Assembly: GCA_001949185.1 (NCBI GenBank)
Contig: BDGG01000016.1
Coordinates: 310,001 to 374,000 of the forward strand
Source of the DNA: Ramazzottius varieornatus
Taxonomy: Eukaryota; Animalia; Tardigrada
Length of the DNA: 64,000 bases
Direction of reading: 5' to 3'
The notes beneath the pieces were generated by a model, which saw only the letters and a program-made list of their open reading frames with translations, had not been told where the DNA came from and searched no databases. Position numbers and translations under genes: made by a program. This document shows, piece after piece, positions 14,032-25,719 of this stretch. Position 1 is the stretch's first letter. Each line of letters starts with the position of its first letter.

Positions 14032-15732
14032 CTACCTGCAAGAGAAACATCCCCTTTTGAGAGATGTACATCGGGAATGCTGGATCAGTCCATTCCAGTT
14101 TGCACTGAACTTCGAATTCTGACGTCACCACCCGAGCTGCAAAACTGCCATGTCGTTCAGTTCGCATGCCCAGATCGATGACGCAATGGACTAATTTCAA
14201 AACCATCAAAAACATTTCCAATCAAGCACACCAATCAACTGAACATCGAGCGACACACACATCGCGTATTCCGAATTCACTGCAAAATTTCTTGCAAAGC
14301 TTTAGCGGTAGTCTAGAGTGACATCCAAAATTATTCTGAATCCTTCAGATTTCCGTGCTCTAAAAAAGCAGCGACTCCTCCGTGAGGCGGATGCAGGTCA
14401 CTGTAGTAAAACAGATGCGTGACGTTCAAACATCGCTCTTGGCTTACCTTCGATCTCCAGCTCGGCAACCAAACTTCTTTATCGCTAACGTGGATTAAGA
14501 CTTCCTTCGATCCTTCCCAGGTGGAACTATCAATACAGGTAAGTAGATGAGCGTGATGGACGAGAAGAATGACGGACTTTACCGTAGCAAGATGGAAAGC
14601 TGATGAACTAAATTTTATTTCAGCTCTAAATATTTTCTGCCACTGGCTGCGCACCACGTGCGCCGTTTGGCCCTGCAGTACGGATGTGCACCAAGTTACA
14701 GACCGGACGTTCTGTCGCTCTTCACACAGCACGCAGCCACGCACGCACCGCTGCACCACGCACCTGCAAACCGTTCAGTTCCAAGTGGAATTCCGGTGGT
14801 GGACTGGGAGTCTGGGACCGGAGCTCAAGTATTAATACTATGTACATTCATTGCCAACAAAAGATGGCGCAAAAGATTGCAATAAAGATCGCCCATTAAC
14901 TTCCCAGTTCCCTTACGTCCCTCAACGCTACCCGAGCTAAATCCGGTATTCGCTACAGTCCCTCGCGAATCGTGAAGGGATACAGGACAGCGGCTTCAAG
15001 CTATTGTGATCCACCTCTAAAAGTAATTGTGTCGAATCCGAAGCAAACTCGCGCAAGGAGGTTCCAGATCCGCTGTTGATGGTTCACCGTCTTCTGCGCG
15101 TGGCAGACGCCCAATTCCGTTTTAAAGCTTACTCAACTCAGAAGTTCAGGACCGGATGTGTACTGTGCTCTCAATTTCACCCACACGCCGTGACGACGTC
15201 AGGTTTTATTGAGAATTCCCGGCCCAATATCCATCACAGGCTACTGGCAATGACAGTAAAGGAGACGAACTCAAATCAATCGAATCAAGTATCGCAAAAC
15301 AAAATGGACTATGGACTTCCAGCGAGAAACAGAAAAAGGATGAAAAAGCAAAGCGCTGCTCGTTTATGCCGCAAAATAATCATAAATCATAAGCCAATAC
15401 ATTGTAATAGGGGTTATCAAGGATTATCAGAGTGTATCACAGCCATGCTGGGTAATTAGTCAAAAGAGAAAAACAACAAAACATCGTCAGTCCATCCACA
15501 GTCTTCCATACTACTCCCGAAATGAAAGAACACCAACAAGCAACCATTTCCCAAATTTTCTCGACTTCTCCACAAAAGTATTCTTCTTACTCTTTCGAAT
15601 TTCATTTCACGAAGAAACCAAATTCTTTTCAGTCTTCGTTTCATCCCGTTCGACTCCGTTGGAAGAGAAGCCGGGAAGTCCATTATCGATCACTGGGTTG
15701 AAGGAAGCCCTGGCTGCTTGGTGTTGAGCTCT

Positions 15733-18138
15733 TTAGTCTTGACAGAGCGAGTACAGCATATCGATCTCATGTCGATACATGGTATCATTGGTTTCTAATA
15801 TCAAGGGGAGATTATTCAGCCGTGAGTCGTTCATCACTAGCTTGAAGCCTTCTCGTCCAATCCAGCCTGAAACCACACAGAGGCACAAGGTCAGTCCAGT
15901 CACGACGCACAAGTTACAGCTTGTTATGTCCCATATGGCGCGAAAGAGCGCAGTTCAACGTACAATGTGCTCTTCCACTTCAAAGCAAACTAAAAGATAT
16001 ACCACGACAAAAAACGTTTCAAGAAATCTATATTAAGGTACTGTACTCGAAGTTTCGAAAACACATCCGAACAACCGCAAATGTTCGAAACAGAAAACAC
16101 AGCGTAATCATGTGTTTCCTCTCCAAGTCGCGCATTACCAACGGTTTATCAACCGATAAGCTGAGCGACCTGAGACGGGAATACATTCCCAGATTGACCT
16201 GCGCCCTATGCCCACACTCTGAAAAGGGTACTTGCGCGCCCTGGTAGAAAAACCTTTCAGAACCATTCAAGTCAACTCCCGCAGCAAGCATGGAATGCAT
16301 GTCGTACTAGCTCGCGGGTTCACAGGGGAAAACTTAAAAAATCTTAAAAGTTCGGTGTTATTTTCGTACCATTTCCAATGGCCGCGTGGCGGTCGAGGTG
16401 AGATCCAACAGGAAGTTCCGAGTCGTTCAAATGGACAGCTCTGAGTCTGTCCAGCCCAATCTGTTCGTCAAATTCCTTGATGTACCTTTCCCAACCATCT
16501 TTGGAGGCAATGTTGTAGCCGGCAGCGTAGACGTGGCACGTATCAAGACAGACGCCTACTCGCCCAGAGTCCTTCACTTTGTTCATGATTTCCTTCAGCT
16601 CGCTCAACTTGCCACCGACAGTGTAACCTTGACAGCACATGGTTTCTAGCAGCACCATCACGTCGCGCGTCTTGGAAAGACCTTCGTTGATGGATTCCAC
16701 TATCCGGTCGATCGTCTCGGTCACTCCGGCTTTGCCGCAAGTCGACCCCGGATGAATATTGTAATACTTTATGCCTGCAGGACAAAGTTCAAAATGTAAC
16801 GATATTACGATCTAAGAACCGTAGGAACGAACCTAGTCGTTGGCAGCGCGTCATTTCGTCAACCATGGACACCCGCGACTTGCTCAAGACATCTGGTGAG
16901 GGTGCTCCGAGGTTGATGAGGTAGCTGCCATGACAGACCACCTTGTCAGCTTCAATACTGCTTTTGGCCAACTTCTCCCTGAACTTCCGGACGGCTTCTT
17001 CGCTTAAAGGCGCTGCGGTCCATCGGCGCGCACTCCTCACAAACAAGGCTAGCGCTCGAGCACCTACAAAAGAACATCCTGAGTACTCTTCCCGAATACT
17101 GCCAATTCGACCACTTCTACGTCAACCCGCGAATTGGGTGCACGGTTACTACACTCAAAATGCGCGTACAGATTAGAACGACACCCAGATTGATTCGCGC
17201 ATTACTTTCTCGGTCATCAAGCAACAGTAGCTCTAGATAATCTGAAACACAGTTCACCAGGCCAACTCGCGCACCCACTAGCACCAAAACACGGCAAAGT
17301 GCGCGAGTCGCGTAAAACAGACAGGAAACACATTTCTTCCTGACCCTGCAAAGTCCAATTTCTTACCAATATCCATGGCTTGCTGGATGGCGCGCTGAGG
17401 TCCGCCAGATGTGACGCTAAGGTGAGCTCCGACGTATTTGAGGGAGCGGTTACTCTGTTTCTGTTTGGGTACTTGGGCGATGGAAGAGACCATGGAAGAG
17501 GCGGCGAGTCCGCTGGTGCTGCTGGAAGTGGAAGCTGTGTCCAGGGGAACTGACTGCGCCGATCCATTATGAAGAGACTCGTCCGAAACCAGGGCGTGAG
17601 AGAAGAGAGAAGCAATACCGGAGTCGGGAGCGGAACGCTTGTTTGGCGAAGAGGTTTGAAGAAAATCCTGAGAAAAACAAACAAATACGACATTCAGTTT
17701 CATCTTGCAACATATCAAATTTTCCAAATCGGGTAATTCTCTGTTGCTCAATTAAACAAAATCTTCGGAAGTTTCTTGCGATGTGATTTAGATACTGTTC
17801 TACAAAAACGAAACACGGGGAAAGATTTACGAACATGGTGCTTTTATTACATCATCATCGTTTCCTGCAGTGTCCTCCTTAAACTGGTGTACTCGTCGCC
17901 ACGTGCTGACAGCACATGATAATTATGCACTGCGCAAATTGTTCGGGGTACCAGCAGCACTGTCATTTCTGTTTCCAATGCCCTCCAACCAAAAGATTTC
18001 TCGACTTACGTTTGAAGGTTCATGATGAGGTTCTTTCCGTTTCCTTGTAGATACCGAGGAATGATGGGGAGTCATCTTGGGGCCGGGCTGATGAAAGTGG
18101 AGGTTAGCGGTTGGCTGTTCCAGAAGGGCTGTGGCCAT
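15733..18138 (-). CDS. APN1: AP endonuclease, endonuclease IV (Nfo/Apn1) family (exons 18138-18010, 17667-17367, 17063-16833, 16774-16370, 15866-15733)
   Basis: In-frame splicing gives KYVGAHLS, CHGSYLINLG, YNIHPGS, VLLETMCCQG, VGVCLDTCHVYAAGY, AVHLNDS...HLDRHAAIG and LPLILET (the Zn-ligand motifs of Endo IV). N-terminal extension contains RKRK. Confidence 0.93.
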
Positions 18139-18921
18139 AACCGGAAATGGCGCAGGAGGCAGTAAGCTGTTCAGCTTCTGTCGTTGTCCAATTCCAACGG
18201 CACCGCTCGTACTCTGCAAGACACACAAACATTTCTTCACATCAACGTTGCTGCTGCTACTCGTCGTTATCGCCGGCTGACTTGACAACGCACCACAGAC
18301 AAATATTCGAAAGCTTGCTCTTGCGCCACGAGCTAACGCCGCGACGCCATTAAAAGCCCGTTCTTGCAACAGCAGCACCAAACAACGATAAAAGTAAAAC
18401 TAGCTCAACCTCAAAGTCGAGAAAGGCCTTTCCTTTCGACCAACCACAGTTACCAGATGAGACAGTCGACACGACACTGAGCGCAGCCTTTTCTTTCGTC
18501 AATCTGCACTGCTGGTATCGACTGTTGCTAGCAAACTACCGTCTTTTCCCCCCACTGCCACCGCCCTCAATCAAGCCTGCCTGATTTCGCCATGCACTAT
18601 ACTAGAGCACGGATACGACAGACAGTTCAATGAGCCAAGTTTGCATTTATAGCGCCATCCATCGCATCGCCATGGCTTCATCTCATTCCTTCCATCGACG
18701 GGGGCATTTCGCCAATTTCCCGTCACAAAGAGCACCAAGGTATGCACCACACTCTTTACACTACCGCACCACCCAACATTCACGCGCCACACAACCTACT
18801 GGCTACCGATCATCGTAGGCTCTTTCGCACCTACAACAAAGCACCACAGTAGGCGCCACTGTATCCCTGAATATTCTAATTTTATTTGAATATTCAGAAC
18901 GTCCGCAAATGGGCTGCACAT

Positions 18922-18992
18922 GATCATTTACCTCAAGTGGCGAACATTCTGGTTGTCATCAGCTAGCAATGTGCGCCACCTGGTTGAACGAA
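18922..18992. repeat. Fold-back element copy 4 (upstream of APN1), 27-nt spacer
   Basis: CAAGTGGCGAA-N27-TGCGCCACCTG. Confidence 0.8.
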
Positions 18993-21900
18993 ATGTTCCA
19001 GTCGTTTGCCGATGTCGTTTGCCGCGCTACCGACCCTTGCCACCGTGGCAGGAAATTGCATTTCGCAAGTGACAGTGAACCAGGCCCTTGCTCGATTCAG
19101 CCTTCTCATTCCATCGTCATCGACTCATCGTTCAGACATTATAGCTTGCATATCTATCGAGCTTGCCCCGTACTCTACCATCTGGAACAGGTGATATGCC
19201 CTCTTTGTGCCGTCAATCTTTCTCCTTTCTACCACACTAATCAGAATGACCGAGCCAAACTGCCCGAGCTAGAACATGAAACGACGACGCTAGCTTCCTT
19301 GTCCTCGATCGAAACTTCTCGCTCCAAGCTGTAACCTCTTTCCGCCCAAGCCAAAACACGAAACTCGAATTTCCACGTTCTAAGTTCTAACTGAAACAAG
19401 GAATTTAATCAAATAAACCTGAACCACATCACCGATTCGAAAACCGACAAAAAGTCCACAGAAAACCACGGCTCGGTCACACCGGGAAGTCAATCAACTA
19501 AAACCAGCCGTAGCACGCCACATGACGATGACATTATTAGACTAGGGCGTGTATTTCCAGCCGTTGCAACTTGCAGTCACACTGTAGTGGTAACTGTGAC
19601 GTCTGTGTTGCTTACCAGCTTACCGGTTTGGTCGATAGTCCAACGTACCTTCAATTTCATCTCATTGCAGGAAACTCTGCTCTCTGCTCGATTTCCCCAC
19701 AGTATTCCATCTCCCCCATCAAAGTCACATAACATCACACACCAGGCACAAAAACAGGAAAACCACCACCAGTGTTTACTAAGGAAGTTAGAAGGATGGT
19801 TGGATGGGGTAAAGAGTCTAAGCTTGGTCGACAGCTGCTGTCTCGAATATATGCGCAAGTCCTTGGTGCTTTCCAACAACGCTAATGTAAGTACGCGATG
19901 GAAATCGACTACCGTATGATATTCAAAGTTGAGTCAAAGCTCGACGATCGCGCGAGACGACTACCAACGTTCAGCACGAGATAGGTTTGAGGCTTTTTCC
20001 GTGGCAAAGCAAAGCATGGCAAACGTGCCTGCTAAGCACTATCTGCTGCTTTCGCATCGTAACAACCCCGTCAACCTCACACCGTGACGATCCGTATTCC
20101 GTACCATTAGACCCTCGAATCAGTTCAACACACTCTGCATGACAAACTCGGCACAAAACCAACCTGTCATCCCCTTCCCAATCAAGCAACCACCAAAGAA
20201 CCTATCGAACAGTCTTCCGAGTGGCGCCACTGTCGCTATCGTACCATACGCCCTCCCATCGATCCGTCGCTCAGGCTGCCGGCAACCGCACCTGATACAG
20301 CGCACTGTACCTCGGCCCCGACTTTCAGTCCAAAGGTCGAGGGTTCGATCCACCAAAGTCCGCTTTTTAGTCAACAAAATAATTCTGCACGCTGGGTCTT
20401 TCCCTTAAAAATCAACCCTACTTTCCAGAAGCTCTTTCCCGCTAACATATCATGAACAAAACCCTGTTCAGAGAACCGTTTACCACAGAATATTGTTTGT
20501 TCATAATATCCTGCTGTATCATCTCTAGTCTTTCACATCACCACTTGAGCATTTCTCACATGACATCACCTTATGCAATCGTCGGGCTTGAGCTGCAGGA
20601 AGCTACTAGTGTCGCCGTCGCTTTTCGCTTCAACCGACAAACGTTCAACATTTTTCTACCAGCTAGACAACAATCCTAGCTCGAAAACCACGTCGACATG
20701 ATGATGATATCAAAGTGTGGTAAGCCAGCAAAATCGAAAGATTCGTTTAAAGAGCCACCACCACAGCTTCTGCTTCCAGCTGCAGTGTTGCTGTTCAACG
20801 TGGAACGAGCGCCTTCCAATTCACTTCCATACGGTAAAGTTAGTAGTCATTCTTTGTGCAAGTCAGCAGCTTCAAGCAGCTTTTCCTAGCCCGAGTCATG
20901 CGCGCTAGCTCAAAGCTCGATCGACAAAGACTTCTGCGCGGCTTGACCCGCATATGGCCACACTGTATACTGTGCCGCACTCCGTTACATTACACGTCCT
21001 AATCGATCTTCCCCCATTTTCCCCCCGAAAACAACCTCCAACAAACACCGCTATAAAACCCCATCACAAGACTGTGCATTCATTATAGGGTCCCTCTCTC
21101 TTCGACCTCCGCAGAGTTCGCTGACACGTCCCTCACGAACCATACAATATGGCGCGCGAAGAACCCTAAACTACCCGAAATCGAGATTCTCCCAAAGCTA
21201 GTAGATATCAAACCTGGCTCTTCGAAATCCTTCCTTCCTGTCTCAGTTCCAATTCAAGTCCAAACCTGTAAACACATAACACACTTCAATCAGCTTTCGA
21301 ATCATTCAATAAGTTGGTTCGATTACACATTCCAGTTTGATGGTGCTAAGTTTGACTTACGTTTCAGTTCGCAGTTTTTCGTCCGTAATGGTTCTCAAAG
21401 GACTTCCTCCGTTCACATAAGCAAGGTCGATATTTCAAGGTGGATGTGTTCTACGGTAGATATCTTGAGGGGAGAGCGTTTATAGCGGCAATATGGAGGA
21501 ATGCCGGTAAGACAAGCTTGATCACCACCAGTGGTGTTCAAAGTCAGTTGCTCGAGTGTACTGCACCACAGCGCTTCAACCAGCAGCAAAAGCTTGCTCG
21601 TCGGTCGTCGTAATCGCCAAGGATAACGGCTATATTCGTTGTCTACTCGGCACAGTACAGCTCACTACGGTAAACACTGTGCTTTTCCGTTGGCGCGGTT
21701 GCTAGCAAAAGCTCGCGCTCAAGCCGGTGGAAATGTGAAGCGCTACACTGATATATCGGCAGATCGATTCGACGAGACCTTCGTCGTCATGTCTAATAAC
21801 TCGTGTACAATTCAGGAGAAGGCAACATCGCACAGCGCCACACAGTATGATTTTCCCGGCAGATGTGACCGAATTTAACAAGCTGCAATACTTGCAAAGC

Positions 21901-23267
21901 CTTCGACATCCCTACAAAAAAATCTCTTAAAAACTTTTTTCGGGGTTAGGACAAGCCGAAAGCCACCAAAGGCAACTGTAGATGATGTGTATACTAGTGA
22001 ACGAAAACGCCTAGTTTCCAGCTAAGATATCTGCTTTCGTGTTGCTCTCGCCCTTTGTCTCAATCTTCACAGTTTAGCGCCATCAGCCGCCACCCAATGC
22101 AGGCTAGCTGACCGAAGGACAGTCAATCATTGTCTCGACCATCAGCATTCCCTTCGGGAGTTGGAAACTATGACTGACCAGAGGCAAAGGGAGGTGTATT
22201 GGTCGAAGGGCGATGAAACTCTACAAATGCATTCTGCCACACTTCACATCACTATTTGCCCACGCCAACTAACCCTTTCTTCCCTTCAGGCCGATCGTTC
22301 CTCGTACTCTGCCAAAGCCCAAACGAGAAAAATACCAACTCTCTCCGAAAAGTCTTCACATAGCTTTTACGATAAGTCTATCCTCGATCAAGTACTTCCA
22401 ACCCCGGAAGAAGCTAGAAAAATATATCTGACCAGAAAAAAATTCACAGGAAATTCAAGTGATTCTGTCCGGCGAGAGACATCCTTGTTCGGGGTTCGCC
22501 TTGTACGGAAGCTCCTAAAGGGCGTCAAAGATCCTTTACGACACCTACTAACGAGACAAGAGTGTTAAATCATCAAGGCACACGTGTTATCGATTGCACC
22601 GTGGCTAACCACCAAGCAAGCCAAAGAACCTTGCAAAGACCGTAGTTAGTTCAATATTCATATAACCGTCTTCCCTCCGCCTTCGCCATGTTTCTGTCCC
22701 TGCAACCAATGCTACCTTGCCATTTCAAAAAGCGCCTTCGTTACCAGTCACCTTAGACGTAATCCACGTATCTTCATCGGAGGTAGCCTTAAACCTCTAG
22801 GCTGGACAAGGAAGAAGCCGTCCAACAGATCGAGCGGAAGAGACCTTTCGGTGAACCTCGTTTCGCAGCAGCTGTAAGCGTCAAAAAGGCCGACCACGAC
22901 GTCAAGGCGCGTAGGTAGGACAACTACACAAGTGAAACATCGTTCGTGAAATCAGATCGCGCGTTTGAGGTGAAAGAGCAACCTGAAAAGAGATTAAGGG
23001 CTTACAAAGACTTGGTGGTGAAATTACACCAGCTACTTTGGTGGATACGCCCAGAAAATTTTCTTGACCAGTTAGGAAAGCGGTGTAACGGCTCGCTTTG
23101 AAAGCCCCGCACTGCAGCTAAGTACGATCTGAGGACTATGAGATCTTTGATGTCGAAGGAACCACCATACACTCACCAGTAGAACGGGTAGCGAGAAACT
23201 TCGTCATGGAAGTGACATTTGAAAGTTTGGAGGGGAGCACAGCGCACTCGGGATGTGTGTTAAGTCT

Positions 23268-23309
23268 GGTGTAATAACGAGTCGTTCCGGAGCGACTCGT
23301 AATTACACC
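23268..23309. repeat. 42-bp near-perfect palindrome
   Basis: GGTGTAATAACGAGTCGTTCCGGAGCGACTCGTAATTACACC, self-complementary except for two pairs. Confidence 0.85.
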
Positions 23310-24624
23310 GAAAGTGTAATGTCTGGTTGAATGAATAGGCCAATCGTAAGGGTGTAGGTGGAGCCAATTAAACCAGCGGTGTAATCCATCTTTGTAAGCC
23401 CTTATTCTAGAACCTCGTTACAACACGCCACAAATACAGTGAACGAACAGTAGTACATGGCCCGGCACCAGCGTCTCTGGCACGGCCTTGATCATCAACA
23501 CCAGAACTATATCAGTACACCCAGGGCACCACCGCGAAAACCAGCGAGTGGACGGCGCACAGCTCAGCCTTTACTCGAACTTCACGCTTCAAAAATTTCC
23601 TAGTTGTTACAATTCTTCCGCGGATAACTTCCATCAAATGAGGTTGTCAACGGTTTCATAGTGTCTAGCACTTACCGCAACAGTAGAAACGGGAACAGTA
23701 GGAGTTTTCCGCATGTTGGTGGCTCTGGTCTTTGGCATTTTCCGCCGGCAGCGACGTCGTTTCGATTATTCTATGAATCTCTTGAATTTCAGCACGCTGT
23801 CCTCCCTCCTCGAAAAGTCAGCCACCGTAGCACTTTTCAGCTTGCAATGGCGTCCATCATGGTTAGCGTTTCTGGCAGGTAGCGATGCAGGACTGCAATA
23901 AAGGGAAAGAGAGGTACATCAATCAGGGTAAGACTTTGAACAAGAATATCGCAACGATGAGGCTTCGAAGTAATTGGTGAGCTACTTAGCGGACAACGTT
24001 CGAACTGGTACATTGTGCTGATATCACAAACCATCCACCAACTTCAACGCGGTCCTTGAAACTTACGGTAAAGGCTGTGGCTTGGGTAGAAGGTTTTCCG
24101 AGATGATTGCAACAGCAGCTGCTGAACACGTTCACGTTGCGACGGTCGTCGAATGTGAAGAAAATAAAATGCGCAAGCGGCAAGCCAAGACTCGCGTTAA
24201 CGAAGTGACTGGCCCACAAAGCCCATTGGAAGGCGTTCAACATCCGCGTACTGTACGTACTCTGGCTACGACCCCGGGGAACCATATCAACGGTTAACGG
24301 CAGAGAACACAGAACCTATACTGTCTGGTTACGGGATGCTTAACCTAAAGACCGTATTTTATAACCCATCTGATGCGCAGCCGCCCATTCTTTTGAAGTA
24401 CAAAACCTAAATTTTCTTCGCTCGGGAGTATCCGCTATGTTCAAAAATCAGTTTCCGAAGGGGGTTAATTTAACATCGATACTATAATGTGTTTTCTGTA
24501 AACATCGAGGTCTCGCCTGTCCAAAGAGCACTCGGAAGAAAAGGATCACACAATTTCTGTGATATTTGTAAGATTAATTATCATAATCCGTTGTAGTTAA
24601 ACTTTTTGGAACCCTCGAAAACCC

Positions 24625-24864
24625 ATGTGTGGTGCCAGTAAAACACCAATAATCCCGCACTGCAGTAACACCTCTAGATGCCGACGGACATTTGCACCCG
24701 TTGTATGGATCCGACTATTGTACAACGAAGAATACAAGGGGATGTTTGACACAAAGTCTCAAAACACATCTCTGGAAAGGTGCCGCATGGAGATCAATGC
24801 GTACTGCGGCATTCGGAAGCTGGACTTGATCGACTGCGCTTTCTTGGCTCGACTACTGGCATAA
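24625..24864 (+). pseudogene. Decayed fragment of an unrecognised gene family (paralogous to 51350-51580)
   Basis: FDTKSQNTSLERCRMEINAYCGIRKLDLIDCAFLARLLA aligns with the 51.5 kb copy; the two share an exact 20-mer CGGAAGCTGGACTTGATCGA. Confidence 0.55.
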
Positions 24865-25719
24865 CGCTACTTCTGATACCCGTTAAATGCATGCACCACG
24901 TTTTGTGTAACGTGCGCAATGAGGGTTTCAACTACTGAAGTTGCTCCCCCGGATGGGGCCAAAGTAACGTCGAACCATCGACTGTAACGACCCGAAAAAT
25001 CCACCAGACGAACCACTGACGGGAGGAAGAAAAATTTAGATACTTGTACATCCAGCCACTTCTGGTAGAACTCTACTAGGTGCCACACGTCCGCCAAGCT
25101 GGATGAACTGGATACCACCTCGTCCCTCTCCAAATAAAGACTCCGTCGATGATTCAGCTATCCTGAATCTGAAAAAGAGGTACAGTGACGCGCCAGGGAC
25201 GAACCGCAGGAGCTTTCATGATCCAAGAAAGGATATGTCTAGAACGATGAATATCCTTCTTGCTGGCTCTCATCCGGTTCTGCGCCAGAATATCTTTCCA
25301 TGACCAGAAAATGAAAATAAAAAGTTCTCTGGGCGACAGCCGCGGCATTGTGGCTGGGCTCAGTCTGGGCTCTTGTCTTGTGCACCGGGAAGCGAAATCT
25401 ATTTGGGGGCTGATCGTCTGAGTAGCGCTTCTCGCCCCGAAGCCCTGGGCGGTCAAGTTTGAGCCCATGTTACGTCGTTAGCCGTCACCACTATAACATA
25501 ACATGAACAAAAGTTCAAAGCAATCTCACGTGGCGCGTGCGTCTCTTCATCCGCTCCGTTCCTTATGAATTTGAATTCGCATCTTAATCTCAAACTTCTA
25601 GGAGCTGGAGAGACTACAGTTCCTACTGACATCTAAGACGGCTGCGATAGCTGGAGAGAACCTGGAGGCAGTTACCAATGAGCTAATTCACGCGGTTAAC
25701 GACGTCTTGGAGCACTAGC

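Noticed and set aside
15733-18138. Recent bacterial horizontal transfer or contamination of the endonuclease IV gene
   Set aside because: It has four canonical introns, a eukaryotic-type extension and animal flanking genes; the family is known in other eukaryotes.
20318-20355. tRNA-like GACTTTCAGTCCAAAGGTCGAGGGTTCGATCC
   Set aside because: B-box-like only; no A-box/D-arm or acceptor stem could be folded.
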